Origin: Hadesarchaea archaeon
Lineage (GTDB): Archaea; Hadarchaeota; Hadarchaeia; Hadarchaeales; WYZ-LMO6
Direction: 5' to 3'
Length of the DNA: 48,251 nt
NCBI GenBank assembly: GCA_029259185.1
Contig: JAPDJF010000019.1
Coordinates: forward strand, 1 to 48,251
The translations under genes were made by a program, and so were the position numbers. The notes beneath the pieces are model-generated. The model saw only the letters and a list, made by a program, of their open reading frames with translations. It was not told where the DNA came from and did no database searches. This document shows positions 8,369-18,161 of this stretch, in pieces (positions within the stretch are counted from its first letter, which is position 1; each line of letters opens with the position of its first letter).

Positions 8369-10304
8369 TCACGCTCTGAGGATTGTAATAGTACTGCCTG
8401 AACATGCTGGCTATTTCTGCGGGGGTTATCCAAGCTTTATCGGCCATGTGCTGGAGGACCCTCTCCCTGTTCTTGAGTTCCTTTCTCAACTGGATGGGGT
8501 TCATCCCGGACCTCTTCCTGACCTCACGAAGGACCCACGACTCCTCCACCTTCCTGAAACTATCGGTTGGAGGATCCCACCTGAAGGTGTCCACTACCCG
8601 GATGTCCTCCGTGATGGGATCCAACCCTGCGAACTCCGTTATTTGAAGATTGCGCCTCACCCTCTCACTCCCGAGGTTCGTGAGGAGTTGCAAACACACG
8701 ATGTCAAGCTCCGCCAGCATTGGACGGGGTAGGTTGATCGGGTCCCCCTCCAGCCGGTTGACGGCCGCCTGCACCGACCCGGCATGCATTGTACAGAAAG
8801 CCGTGTGACCCGTACATATAGCTTGGAACATGGCCTGAGCCTCGACCCCCCTGACCTCCCCCACTATCAAACACTCCGGCCTCTGTCTCATCGCGATCTT
8901 CACCAGCTCGTTCATGTCGATCGGTCTTGAACCGATCGCCTCCCTAGTCACGTTCGGAACCCAGTTCTGCTGGTAGAGGGAGAGCTCCCTCGTGTCTTCG
9001 ATTGATATTATCTTAGCATCGGGAGGGATGAAAAACGCCAACGCGTTCAGGGTTGAGGTCTTCCCACTCGCTGTACCTCCTATTACCATCACGCTACTCC
9101 CGTATTCTATCGCGAGCCACAGATAGGCGAGCATCTCTGGGCTGAACGTATGGAACCTTATCAGATCTACTGGAGTGAAAACCTTACCAAGCCATTTCCT
9201 GATCGTGAAGGACGCTCCTCTAGCAGTCACCTCGCTACCAAAGGTTGCCTGTACCCTCGATCCATCGGGCAACCTCGCATCGATAACGGGCTCCGCAAAC
9301 GAGATGTGTTTTCCGCTACGCTCTGCGAGCAGGGAGTTGAAGCTGTCCAGCTCATCTGCACCGAACTGTATATTCGTCTCCATGTTGTAGTATCTCCTAT
9401 GATAGATGAAGATGGGAACCTCTGGACCGTCGCATGAGATGTCCTCGATCATGGGGTCTTTGAGGAGAGCGTCTATCTTACCAAACCCCAAGTTGTCCCG
9501 CCGGAGGATATAGAATATCCTGTAGATCGTTTTGAGGTCCGTTATCCCCAGCCTCTTCATCATCCCCACCATCTCCTTGGCTAGGATCTCTTCCTGCCTC
9601 ACCCCAGAAACTTCATATGGAAGTTTGTCCTTCAGTTCCCCCCAGAGCGTCCACCGCAATCTCTCCTCCTCAAAGGACAGCTTGGGTTCTACCACGTGAT
9701 ACCGGAGGTGTCCCGTCCCCTCCTCGCGGAGAATCACCACATAGGAAAACGGTCTTTCGATCCAGTACCGCTCCACCTCCACGTACCCTTTGGGAGGGGA
9801 GGTGAACTCCTCCAAACGACCGAACGTCCCCATGTCATAGGGAGGCACATCGGCTGCCGCCAGCTCGGGTGGAAGATCCTTCATGCTCTCTGGGATCGTC
9901 TCCGCCAAATGCTCGATACCTGTGGGGAAAGCAACCTGCTGCTCCAATCCCTCCAACATCTCCCTCTGTGCCCGATCCGCCATATCCCCCAACATTTTGA
10001 ACTCTGGATCCTCACCCTCCAGCAAGGGGGCTATCCTCAGTTCCTCGTCCTCCTCCGGTATGCTCCCCACCCTTTTCTCAGACTCGAAGAGCAAGCTCGC
10101 TGGCATCTCCTTTCCCTCCTCCTTCTGGAAGAGTTTTTCTTTCAACTTCTCAAACGGGTCGATCGTCACCGGAGTGGCCGATCCTCCACCCTCACCTTCA
10201 TCTTGACTGCTCTCCGGTTCTCCCCCACGCTCGGAAGAACGATCGGACATCTCCTCTTTTTCCTCATTTTCAGGAGGTGAATCGTCCCTTTCTTCCGGAT
10301 TCAT
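8346..10304 (-). CDS. Type IV pilus assembly ATPase (VirB11/TadA/ArlI family) with acidic N-terminal extension
   Basis: IEDISCDG, Walker A GGTASGKT, SIEDTREL, MRQRPECLIVGEVRG and TGH...TMHA motifs. Confidence 0.95.
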   Translation of the reverse strand: MNPEERDDSPPENEEKEEMSDRSSERGGEPESSQDEGEGGGSATPVTIDPFEKLKEKLFQKEEGKEMPASLLFESEKRVGSIPEEDEELRIAPLLEGEDPEFKMLGDMADRAQREMLEGLEQQVAFPTGIEHLAETIPESMKDLPPELAAADVPPYDMGTFGRLEEFTSPPKGYVEVERYWIERPFSYVVILREEGTGHLRYHVVEPKLSFEEERLRWTLWGELKDKLPYEVSGVRQEEILAKEMVGMMKRLGITDLKTIYRIFYILRRDNLGFGKIDALLKDPMIEDISCDGPEVPIFIYHRRYYNMETNIQFGADELDSFNSLLAERSGKHISFAEPVIDARLPDGSRVQATFGSEVTARGASFTIRKWLGKVFTPVDLIRFHTFSPEMLAYLWLAIEYGSSVMVIGGTASGKTSTLNALAFFIPPDAKIISIEDTRELSLYQQNWVPNVTREAIGSRPIDMNELVKIAMRQRPECLIVGEVRGVEAQAMFQAICTGHTAFCTMHAGSVQAAVNRLEGDPINLPRPMLAELDIVCLQLLTNLGSERVRRNLQITEFAGLDPITEDIRVVDTFRWDPPTDSFRKVEESWVLREVRKRSGMNPIQLRKELKNRERVLQHMADKAWITPAEIASMFRQYYYNPQSVIEKIEAG

Positions 10305-10396
10305 TCTAATAAACTAAACTCCGCTATGCACTTATAAACTTCTTTAATTCTGATTTTCTCCGAAATCGGCCAGAATTAGGGAAAAGTGGGGGTTTT

Positions 10397-11128
10397 TTAC
10401 CTCAATTCTTCGACTAGCTTACGAGCCAGAGCATCAAAAGCCTTTGAAACCGCTGATCGCGGCTTGTAGATGGTCACGGGTCTCTTGGCCACCACCGCGG
10501 CCTCGACGGATTTATCCTCAGGTATCACGCCTAACGCTTTGACCTTCAAGATCCCTTCGATCTCAGCTGTTCTGAGTTGCTTCGATCCGAAGAGTTTCCC
10601 CTTCTTCACCCGGTTCACGACCACCCCAACTATGCTCCTCTCCAATAGGATCACCACCTCCTTCGTGTTTGCCACATCGGAGACGGAGACGGGGTCAGGG
10701 GTGGTCACGAGCAGGACCCTGTCGGACTCTCTTAATGGAATGATTGAGTTCTTGTTTATGCCCGGCGGAGTGTCCACCAAGATGATATCGTAATCATCCT
10801 TTAGTGGAGTGAGGACGGTGGGTAGAAGGTCTAGCTTCGACTTCAGGTAACCACGCAAAGAAGGGCTGACCGGGAGGAGGGGGACTCCCAAGCTCAAGCT
10901 CACCGTTTCCCTCACCTCATCTTCACTCGGCCCGCCTTCGGTGGAGAGGAGTGCGTGCAAACTCCGAGAAGTGGACTTCCCCCCCATGTGAAGGGTGAGA
11001 TTTCCCGAAGAGAGGTCCGCATCCACGAGCAGAACTCTTGCACCTCTTTTGTTCAACACCACTCCCAGATTCGCGGCGATAGTCGTCTTTCCCACACCAC
11101 CTTTAGCTGACGCCACCGAAATTATCAT
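10397..11128 (-). CDS. minD: MinD/ParA-family ATPase
   Basis: Deviant Walker A KGGVGKTT, LVDAD, DTPPG, VVVNRV, IPED; upstream of and co-oriented with the pilus ATPase. Confidence 0.85.
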   Translation of the reverse strand: MIISVASAKGGVGKTTIAANLGVVLNKRGARVLLVDADLSSGNLTLHMGGKSTSRSLHALLSTEGGPSEDEVRETVSLSLGVPLLPVSPSLRGYLKSKLDLLPTVLTPLKDDYDIILVDTPPGINKNSIIPLRESDRVLLVTTPDPVSVSDVANTKEVVILLERSIVGVVVNRVKKGKLFGSKQLRTAEIEGILKVKALGVIPEDKSVEAAVVAKRPVTIYKPRSAVSKAFDALARKLVEELR

Positions 11129-11282
11129 TTTTGCCCGCTATTTTTTACGTATCCCACCATTTAAAGCATGAACCATTCCGCCGACGCGAACCTGTCGGAA
11201 CTCCGAAAGGATCTCCGACCAAACCGATGCACCGAACTCGAGTCCCACCAAACTTTTATGAGCCAAACTTCGAGTAAAATTG

Positions 11283-12080
11283 ATGCCCAAAATACCCACC
11301 GGGATAGAGGGACTTGACCTAGCACTCGGAGGGGGGGTACCCTCCGGCTCCCTCATCCTGCTACTCGGGGAATCCGGGGCGGGAAAGAGCGAGTTCGTTT
11401 ACACGGTAACGGCCAACTGCAACTCCATGAAGGAGGATCCCTCCCTGCTTCCAGAGGGTTTCGACTTAGTGCTCCCCGACAACATATGGTATGCGACCTT
11501 CGCTAGGAGTCAAGAGGGCGTGCTTCAAGACGTAAGGGGTAAATTCAGTGAGGATTTTTCGGAGAGGTTCACGAGAGGAACCCTGTTCAGAGAGTTCCTC
11601 ACCATCCCCGCACGCCTCAGCTCCTTTTCCGAATGGGTATCCGATTTGGTGAGCGATGGGGGACACGTGAAACTGCGGAGGGACATTTTCTCAACCCTCG
11701 CTAGATTCTTGGAGAGGGAGGGACCAAACAGCCTCGTGATCTTCCTGACCTTGACGGACATCGCCATGCTTTTCAAGAGAGGGGAGGAGATGGAATTCGT
11801 GAGTTTTCTGCAGAGCCTCAGGGAGATATGCAGGGGGTGGAACGCTACGGTTTTCGCCATACTCGCCACCGGAATCTTCGGCAAGGACGTGGAGGCCCTC
11901 TTGATCTCGAACGCCGATGGGGTGTTCCTATTCGAGACTCAAGGGGGAGAGGTGGCGAGGAGGAACATGTTCTCCTGCAAGAAGATGAGAGGTACGAACA
12001 TAACTCCTGAACCCTTCGAACTCACCATAGGGCCGGATGGGGTGGAACTCACCCGGGTGAGGACGCTGGCGGGACGCTAA
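11283..12080 (+). CDS. KaiC/RAD55/ArlH-like RecA-superfamily ATPase
   Basis: KIPTGIEGLD..GGGVP.GS, Walker A GESGAGKS, ADGVFLF, KKMRG; Walker B appears degenerate (LVIFLTLTD). Confidence 0.85.
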   Translation: MPKIPTGIEGLDLALGGGVPSGSLILLLGESGAGKSEFVYTVTANCNSMKEDPSLLPEGFDLVLPDNIWYATFARSQEGVLQDVRGKFSEDFSERFTRGTLFREFLTIPARLSSFSEWVSDLVSDGGHVKLRRDIFSTLARFLEREGPNSLVIFLTLTDIAMLFKRGEEMEFVSFLQSLREICRGWNATVFAILATGIFGKDVEALLISNADGVFLFETQGGEVARRNMFSCKKMRGTNITPEPFELTIGPDGVELTRVRTLAGR

Positions 12081-13408
12081 TCGCTCGGGAAGTAATAATG
12101 CTTGCTCGCATCCATCAAATTCGCCAAGCAAACATCTCTGAAGTAGAATTTGAACCCCCTCACATACTCGGGGAACCTCGTGAAGATGTACCTGAAGAGA
12201 TGCCCAGAATTGATCTCCTTCATTCCCCACCTCAACAGCCCTTCCATCCTCCCCGGCTCCACGTGGGGATGATTCCAGACCAAGTGCTTGCAGTCGAACC
12301 TGTGCCAATCTTTTTCGAAAATTCCGTACTCTTCATCCAAATACCTCCACAGCGGAGTTCTTGGAAGGGGGGTCAAAACACAAAGCTGCACAAAACCGGG
12401 ATTGAATTCCTTCAGCTCCCGCAGGCTCCCCTTGATCGATTCCTCCGTTTCGTTTTCATATCCTATGATGTAATAGCCTATCCCACCGATCTCCGTTCCC
12501 CGATCCTTCCACGAGAGTCTGATCCTCCGAATGAGCTCCTTTATCATCTCCACATGTTCCCTCTTCCCTATTTCGTCTAAATTCGACTGGTCGAAGCTCT
12601 CGATGCCGATAAGGGCACCCTTCAAACCCATCCTCCGCCACTCCTCGAGTCTCTCGTTCAAAAGGTCTGCCCTCACCATAGGGAACCACATGAATCCATG
12701 CTCGTGAAGCAGGGAAACCACATCTTCTGCATGCTTTCGGAGGAGCCCGAAGTTCTCGTCCAAGATCAAGACGTAACCGAGCCCCATCTCCTTATAGAAC
12801 TCGAGCACGCGCCCTACGCTCTCGAGCGGAACTTCGGATGGCCTAGAGCAAAAGGAAGGGGTCTGACAAAACTTACATCCGACCCCACACCCCCGGGTGG
12901 TGAAAAGGACTCCGATGGGAGCGAACCTTATTCCAAACGTCGTGCCGACGATTCCGATGAGGGGAGGATGCACGAGCTTCTTCACCCTCCTCCCGAAGAA
13001 CCTAGCTATCTCCCCCTCCGCGTACCCCACGAACACCCTGTCGAAGTAGGGCTGGACCGCCTCGGTGAGGGCTCCGTAGTTTCCCCCCCATATCTCAGAG
13101 ACCCCCTTCCTCCGGGCCACGTCCACCATCTCCAGGATCTCCGGGACTTCATTCAGGTAGAACGAAAACCCCACCACGTCCCAGCCCTCCTCGAGCTTGC
13201 GCACGTATTCCTTCCACGTTGGGTATTCCAGGATCTCCACTTCCGGAACGTTCTGCTTGATGAATCGGAGGCCGTAGGATATCCGCCTCACCCATGTCAT
13301 CCTGAGGGGAGCCCCGAACGTATTGCTCTCCACGTAATCGTAATACCCACGGCCAGAGGTGTAAACGGTGGTGAGCAACACTTTTTTCCCGGAACTTGAA
13401 TCCCTCAT
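12077..13408 (-). CDS. Radical SAM protein with N-terminal B12-binding-like domain (paralog 1)
   Basis: TRGCGVGCKFC (CxxxCxxC), DENF, GIESF and LTPLPRTPLW; N-terminal DVVGFSF...WGG Rossmann-like domain. Confidence 0.85.
   Translation of the reverse strand: MRDSSSGKKVLLTTVYTSGRGYYDYVESNTFGAPLRMTWVRRISYGLRFIKQNVPEVEILEYPTWKEYVRKLEEGWDVVGFSFYLNEVPEILEMVDVARRKGVSEIWGGNYGALTEAVQPYFDRVFVGYAEGEIARFFGRRVKKLVHPPLIGIVGTTFGIRFAPIGVLFTTRGCGVGCKFCQTPSFCSRPSEVPLESVGRVLEFYKEMGLGYVLILDENFGLLRKHAEDVVSLLHEHGFMWFPMVRADLLNERLEEWRRMGLKGALIGIESFDQSNLDEIGKREHVEMIKELIRRIRLSWKDRGTEIGGIGYYIIGYENETEESIKGSLRELKEFNPGFVQLCVLTPLPRTPLWRYLDEEYGIFEKDWHRFDCKHLVWNHPHVEPGRMEGLLRWGMKEINSGHLFRYIFTRFPEYVRGFKFYFRDVCLANLMDASKHYYFPSD
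12963..13283. repeat. 321-bp near-identical direct repeat, copy 1 (copy 2 at 14294-14614)
   Basis: Manual alignment at offset 1331: identical except two point differences and one 17-nt divergent island. Confidence 0.95.
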
Positions 13409-14733
13409 AGGAACCTCTCCCTTTTATAGTCGAACGTGTTGGTCAGACAAAAATGCGTGAAGTATTCCCTGAAGTTGAATGCGTAGTCCGGGAGCCAGTG
13501 AAAGAAGTATCTCAGAAATCCCCTCGAATTCAATTCCCTCATCCCCCACCTCAGCAACCTCTCCATCTCCTCCGGCCCTATGTGGGGATGATTCCAGACC
13601 AAGTGCTTACCATCGAATTTACGTAAGTCCGTCTCGAATATTCCGTACTTCTCATTCAAGTAATCCCAGAGGGGGGTTTGGGGCGCTGGGGTCAGGATGA
13701 AGAGCTGAGTGAAGATTATCCCTAGCTCCTTGAGTTTCCTCACGTTTTCCCTCACCGATCTCACCGTATCGTTTTCGAACCCTATCACGTAGAACCCGAG
13801 CAAGTGCCTACCGTGGAATCGCATGCTGGGGGAGGGGGTGGAGCTTTTCACCATCTCGATCAGCTCGTATACGTCCTCCACCCTCTGCCCCTTTCCGATC
13901 GAATCCAGATTCTCCTGATCCAAGCTCTCGATACCAACTATCGCCCCGGCCAATCCCCTCTCGCTCCAATCCTCCCAGTTCTCCCTTAGGATGTCCGTCC
14001 TCACCATGGGGATCCACAGGAGACCGTACTCCTCCAACAAGGAAATGACCTCATCGGAGTGATGTTTGAATACTCCGAAGTTGTCATCGAGGATTCCCAC
14101 GTATCTGAACCCATGGTCCCTATAGTATCTCAATACGCGGTCTATGCTCTCTATGGGGATCGTGTGGGGCTTTGGACAGAAGACCCGGATCTGACAGAAA
14201 CTACAGTTGTAAGGACAACCGCGCGATGTGAAAAGCACCCCGTAACGGGTTATTTTGAGAAATCTGAGCGGCGAAGCGAAGTAGTAGACCAAAGGAGGAT
14301 GCACGAGCTTCTTCACCCTCCTCCCGAAGAACCTAGCTATCTCCCCCTCCGCGTACCCCACGAACACCCTGTCGAAGTAGGGCTGGACCGCCTCGGTGAG
14401 GGCTCCGTAGTTTCCCCCCCATATCTCAGGGACCCCCTTCCTCCGGGCCACGTCCACCATCTCCAGGATCCTAGGCGTCTCGTGCCCGTAGAACGAAAAC
14501 CCCACCACGTCCCAGCCCTCCTCGAGCTTGCGCACGTATTCCTTCCACGTTGGGTATTCAAGGATCTCCACTTCCGGAACGTTCTGCTTGATGAATCGGA
14601 GGCCGTAGGATATCACTCGGGGAATGGAGAACCTGAAGAACCCCGGGAACCCACCGTACAAGAAATCAAAGGTTTCCCCCTTCTCCTGGCAAACGGTTGT
14701 CAGCAGGACCTTTTTCCCAGCCGAGCGGCTCAC
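13405..14733 (-). CDS. Radical SAM protein with N-terminal B12-binding-like domain (paralog 2)
   Basis: SRGCPYNCSFC, DDNF, GIESL and LTPAPQTPLW; overlaps both neighbours by 4 nt. Confidence 0.85.
   Translation of the reverse strand: MSRSAGKKVLLTTVCQEKGETFDFLYGGFPGFFRFSIPRVISYGLRFIKQNVPEVEILEYPTWKEYVRKLEEGWDVVGFSFYGHETPRILEMVDVARRKGVPEIWGGNYGALTEAVQPYFDRVFVGYAEGEIARFFGRRVKKLVHPPLVYYFASPLRFLKITRYGVLFTSRGCPYNCSFCQIRVFCPKPHTIPIESIDRVLRYYRDHGFRYVGILDDNFGVFKHHSDEVISLLEEYGLLWIPMVRTDILRENWEDWSERGLAGAIVGIESLDQENLDSIGKGQRVEDVYELIEMVKSSTPSPSMRFHGRHLLGFYVIGFENDTVRSVRENVRKLKELGIIFTQLFILTPAPQTPLWDYLNEKYGIFETDLRKFDGKHLVWNHPHIGPEEMERLLRWGMRELNSRGFLRYFFHWLPDYAFNFREYFTHFCLTNTFDYKRERFL
14294..14614. repeat. 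321-bp near-identical direct repeat, copy 2
   Basis: Matches 12963-13283. Confidence 0.95.
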
Positions 14734-15233
14734 TCCACCACCAGCCTGTAAAATAGCCTCCCGGTGGGGGTGTGCACCAGCAGAATTTCGTCCCCCCTCT
14801 CAAGCTTCTTGATGGGAAACCTCAAAACGTCACCGGACACGAAATCACACAACCCAACATCGCTCCTCCCATTGAGGGTCCCACCCTCGGTCACGCGCAC
14901 CCTCAATGCGTTCAATCTCACGTCAAGATTCCTCCACTCGATCGCACCGTTCTCAATCTCGAACGCCTCACATATCGGGTCTCCATACAAGTGGGTCACC
15001 GTGAGATTCTCAGATCCGGCTTTGAACCCTGAAACGCATAGGATGGGTGAGGGTGGAGGTTTAGGTCCTCCAGCGGAGGCGATCGCCCACCCGAGCATGA
15101 TACCCAGTGCCATCGCTAACGAGAGCAACAAGACCTCACAGAGCGTTGGAGAAACCTCGGGCAATCTTCCGGCATACCTCCTACACCAAGAACCCATCAG
15201 AAAAAGTCTGGAGAGATACCTTAAATCACCCAC
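14730..15233 (-). CDS. Pilin-like protein (start uncertain, atypical class III signal)
   Basis: EVSPTLCEVLLLSLAM hydrophobic N-terminus and the locus pilin scaffold LTVTHLYGDPI..AF..IEWRNLDVRLN..DFVSGD..GDEILLVHTPTG; translationally coupled to a radical SAM gene. Confidence 0.7.
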   Translation of the reverse strand: MGDLRYLSRLFLMGSWCRRYAGRLPEVSPTLCEVLLLSLAMALGIMLGWAIASAGGPKPPPSPILCVSGFKAGSENLTVTHLYGDPICEAFEIENGAIEWRNLDVRLNALRVRVTEGGTLNGRSDVGLCDFVSGDVLRFPIKKLERGDEILLVHTPTGRLFYRLVVE

Positions 15234-15296
15234 CCACGAGCCGAATTCGATCCGCGATCAGAAAACCCACAATTTCTTTAGCTTTGGAGGGGGAAT

Positions 15297-15983
15297 TTGA
15301 TGATGTCCTCTCGAACCCACCGGGTTTCTGTGGTCGTTCCTACCTACAACGAAGAGTCCTCCGTAGGGGAGGTAGTGGATGGGATAAAATCGTGCATGAA
15401 GGAATGCGAAATATTAGTGGTCGATGGGGGATCCGAAGACCACACCGTGAGGATAGCCGAATCCAAAGGGGCTAAAGTGTTGGAATTGGGGGAGAGGGGG
15501 AAGGGACTGGCTTGCAGGAAAGGTGTGGAAGTCGCTAAGGGGGAGATAGTAGTGTTCATCGATGGGGATGGGAGCTATCCGGCTGATTACATCCCAGCAC
15601 TCGTTGCCCCCATCGCTCGCGGAGAGGCGGAGATGGTCAGAGGATCGAGATTCATCCGGAGACCACATATCCCTGCCCTCAGATACGTTGGGAACAAATT
15701 TTTTACCGCCATCGCAAGCCTTCTTCATTCAAGGACCACGGATCTGCTCACGGGGATGTGTGCACTCCGGAAAGATGTCTTGCTTAAGATGGATCTCGAG
15801 AGCCAAAACTTCGAGTTCGAAACCGAGCTCTTCGTCAAAGCCGATCATTTCGGTTTAAGAGTAAAAGAAATCCCGGTGCCATATTTCGGTAGGAAAGGTT
15901 CGAAGCTCTCACCCCTCAAGGACGGGTTGAAGATCCTCCTCACCATCTTGAAGGCACCGAAGAGGGGGAAGGTGAGATCCTGA
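15297..15983 (+). CDS. GT2 glycosyltransferase, polyprenol/dolichol-phosphate glycosyltransferase (DPM1-like)
   Basis: VVVPTYNEE, VVDGGSED, GKG, FIDGDGSY (DxD), GSRF, FEFETEL and EIPVPY. Confidence 0.9.
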   Translation: MMMSSRTHRVSVVVPTYNEESSVGEVVDGIKSCMKECEILVVDGGSEDHTVRIAESKGAKVLELGERGKGLACRKGVEVAKGEIVVFIDGDGSYPADYIPALVAPIARGEAEMVRGSRFIRRPHIPALRYVGNKFFTAIASLLHSRTTDLLTGMCALRKDVLLKMDLESQNFEFETELFVKADHFGLRVKEIPVPYFGRKGSKLSPLKDGLKILLTILKAPKRGKVRS

Positions 15984-16759
15984 ATTCCCTCCTCAAACTC
16001 CTGAGGGCTTGGAAGCACGCCCTGCTCGCCCCCGAACGGATAAAGGGGGGGGAGTTCTCGCTGGGGTTCATGCTGACGGTTTCGTTCTACCTCGGCTTCA
16101 TCTACAACACCGTCCACTATTTCATTTACCCGGGGTACATCAAGAGCCATTTTTACGCGGGGAGCATCTTCTGGCTTCACTCGCTCTTCGGGGGGGCGGC
16201 CGCTGCTGGATCACTCCTCTATGTAAGTGTAGTGGGATACCTCGGATCCCTCTTTTTGGGAAAGCGAACCCCGTACGAGCGAATCGAACAATTGGTTTTC
16301 TCATGCACGTTCCTGTGGATTCTCCCCCTCCTCATATCCATTCCGTTTCTAGCTTTAGGACTCACCGAACCCATAGGAGGGGTCAAAGAGTTTTGCGTTT
16401 TCCGAGGATGGTTCTACGTCACCTATCCCGTTCTCATCATGGGGGTGATCGCCTCGATCGTCACTTTTAACATCTTCCGCCGGAGCCTCGGGTTCGATCC
16501 CCTCCGCTCGCTCGCTCCGGCCGTTCTTGTGGTTCCGATCGGGTATTTCTTGGGAAAAGGGCCGCTCATGTTCCTCACGCGGCACGTCCTCGACGTTGAG
16601 AGAAGCGTGAGGTTCACGCTGGGAATAGGGTATTTCACCCTGGCCGGGGGCATCTTCTATTACATCAGGGGGCACGTGGGGAAATTCGAATCCCTCGTAA
16701 TTTGGTTATCTTCCAAGCTGGGTTTTACCCACCGGTCGGATCGCCCACAGACCCAGTAA
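15980..16759 (+). CDS. Uncharacterised polytopic membrane protein, paralog A
   Basis: About 6 TM segments. Identical at DNA level to paralog B from 15981, where B's ATG is CTG here; the first ATG is at 16070. Confidence 0.75.
   Translation: MNSLLKLLRAWKHALLAPERIKGGEFSLGFMLTVSFYLGFIYNTVHYFIYPGYIKSHFYAGSIFWLHSLFGGAAAAGSLLYVSVVGYLGSLFLGKRTPYERIEQLVFSCTFLWILPLLISIPFLALGLTEPIGGVKEFCVFRGWFYVTYPVLIMGVIASIVTFNIFRRSLGFDPLRSLAPAVLVVPIGYFLGKGPLMFLTRHVLDVERSVRFTLGIGYFTLAGGIFYYIRGHVGKFESLVIWLSSKLGFTHRSDRPQTQ
15981..16166. repeat. 186-bp exact direct repeat, copy A (copy B 21737-21922; 63-bp core also at 28303-28365)
   Basis: Manual alignment at offset 5756. Confidence 0.95.
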
Positions 16760-18133
16760 CTGGTCAGCGGGCGCGTAAACGACCATGACGTAGTCACCCT
16801 CCTCCAGCTCCTCCGAGGGTAATACCTCCAACACGTCCCCCTCTCGAAAGTCCACACACCCCTTGACAGGCTTCCCGTTCAACAGAATCCCATTCACCGA
16901 TCTGATTGGAGTGCGGTTAACCATCACCTCCAGGTTAACCCACTCCAGCGCCCCATCCTCAACCCGAAAGGCGTTTTCAATGGTTTCCGGTCCGCGACTC
17001 CTCAGGATGAGCTCTTGAGGTCCAGCGTTGAGACAATACATCCTTCCATCCGTTGATCCCACGTACACTTTCCCCCCTTCTACCCGCGGAGAGGAATGCA
17101 CCGGACCCCCCGTTCGAAACCTCCACACCAGCTCTCCATCGTCCGCATCCAAACAGTAAACGGAGTTATCCCTCGATCCGAAGTATACTCTTCCATCGGT
17201 CACTGCTGGAGTGGAGACAACCTCGCCATCAGTCTGGAACGACCACACCTCCTCCCCCGTTTCGGCGTCAAAGCAATGGATCCTTCGATCATTGCTCCCG
17301 ATGTACACCCTCCCACCATGAACCCGAGGGGCGGAGGCTACAGGCCCGCCAGCTGGAGAGGACCATATCTCTTCCCCTGTGTTGGAGTCGAGACAGTAGA
17401 GGTACCCGTCCATCGACCCGCAGTACACCCTCCCCTCCTTCACGGTGGGGGAAGAGAAAATCGGTCCGGCGGTCGAGAAGGACCACACGAGATTCCCGTT
17501 CTCGGTCAAACAGTATATGCATCCGTCTCCCGAACCCACATATACCCTCCCTCCCGCCACCACGGGTGAAGAGAAGACCGCATAAGCCGTTGGAAATCTC
17601 CAGAGGTTTTCTCCCGTCAAGGCATCGAGCGCATATACCGCTCCATCCAGTGACCCCACGTAGAGCTTATTCTCTGACACGGCAGGAGAAGAGGAGGAAA
17701 TCGGTCCCCCCGTTTGGAACGACCATTTCACTTTCCCCGTAGCCGAATCGAGTGCGTACACCCTTCCGTCCATCGACCCCACGTAAACTCTTCCCCCGAT
17801 CACGACCGGGGACGAATGCACGAACCCCCCGGTGAGAGCGGACCAGATTTCCTCACCGGTGAGGGCATCCAGAGCGTAGATATACGAATCGTTGGATCCG
17901 AAATAAACCACACCCCCCTCCACCCAAGGGGAGGAGTATATCCCATCTCCGGTCTGGTGCGCCCATACCGCGCTCCCCGTCCGACATACCCCCAAACCCA
18001 CGAGGACCCTCGCAGGCTTGCCGGGTTCTTTCAGGACTCCCGCAATGGCGGTCACTAGCACCATTGCTCCGAAAGTGAGGACGACGATCACCAAAGCCCC
18101 AGCGGTGGGTGAGATTTCATGAGCTCTGGGCAC
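16706..18133 (-). CDS. Pilin-like protein with inserted PQQ-type (BamB-like) beta-propeller
   Basis: HEISPTAGALVIV N-terminal helix; 8 repeats of W..TGG.V.SSP.V.GG.VYVGS.DG..Y.LD; C-terminal pilin scaffold IENAF..LEWVNLEV..DFREGD..GDYVMVVYAP. Confidence 0.85.
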   Translation of the reverse strand: MPRAHEISPTAGALVIVVLTFGAMVLVTAIAGVLKEPGKPARVLVGLGVCRTGSAVWAHQTGDGIYSSPWVEGGVVYFGSNDSYIYALDALTGEEIWSALTGGFVHSSPVVIGGRVYVGSMDGRVYALDSATGKVKWSFQTGGPISSSSPAVSENKLYVGSLDGAVYALDALTGENLWRFPTAYAVFSSPVVAGGRVYVGSGDGCIYCLTENGNLVWSFSTAGPIFSSPTVKEGRVYCGSMDGYLYCLDSNTGEEIWSSPAGGPVASAPRVHGGRVYIGSNDRRIHCFDAETGEEVWSFQTDGEVVSTPAVTDGRVYFGSRDNSVYCLDADDGELVWRFRTGGPVHSSPRVEGGKVYVGSTDGRMYCLNAGPQELILRSRGPETIENAFRVEDGALEWVNLEVMVNRTPIRSVNGILLNGKPVKGCVDFREGDVLEVLPSEELEEGDYVMVVYAPADQLLGLWAIRPVGKTQLGR

Positions 18134-18161
18134 AAAGTTGATATCAACGGGAAGCTAATAA

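Noticed and set aside
4737-12080. Archaellum (arl/fla) operon
   Set aside because: The ATPase, platform and KaiC-like genes are homologous, but the pilins lack archaellin N-termini (GIGTLIVFIAMVLVAAVAA-type) and no ArlF/G/C/D/E or chemotaxis genes are seen.
16045-16052. G8 tract in all three membrane-protein paralogs as a phase-variation switch
   Set aside because: All three copies have the same length and are in frame (K-G-G-E codons); no evidence of slippage.
17030-17970. CRISPR-like periodic repeats
   Set aside because: The periodicity comes from the ~40-aa PQQ propeller blades in a coding gene; there are no identical repeats with unique spacers and no cas genes.
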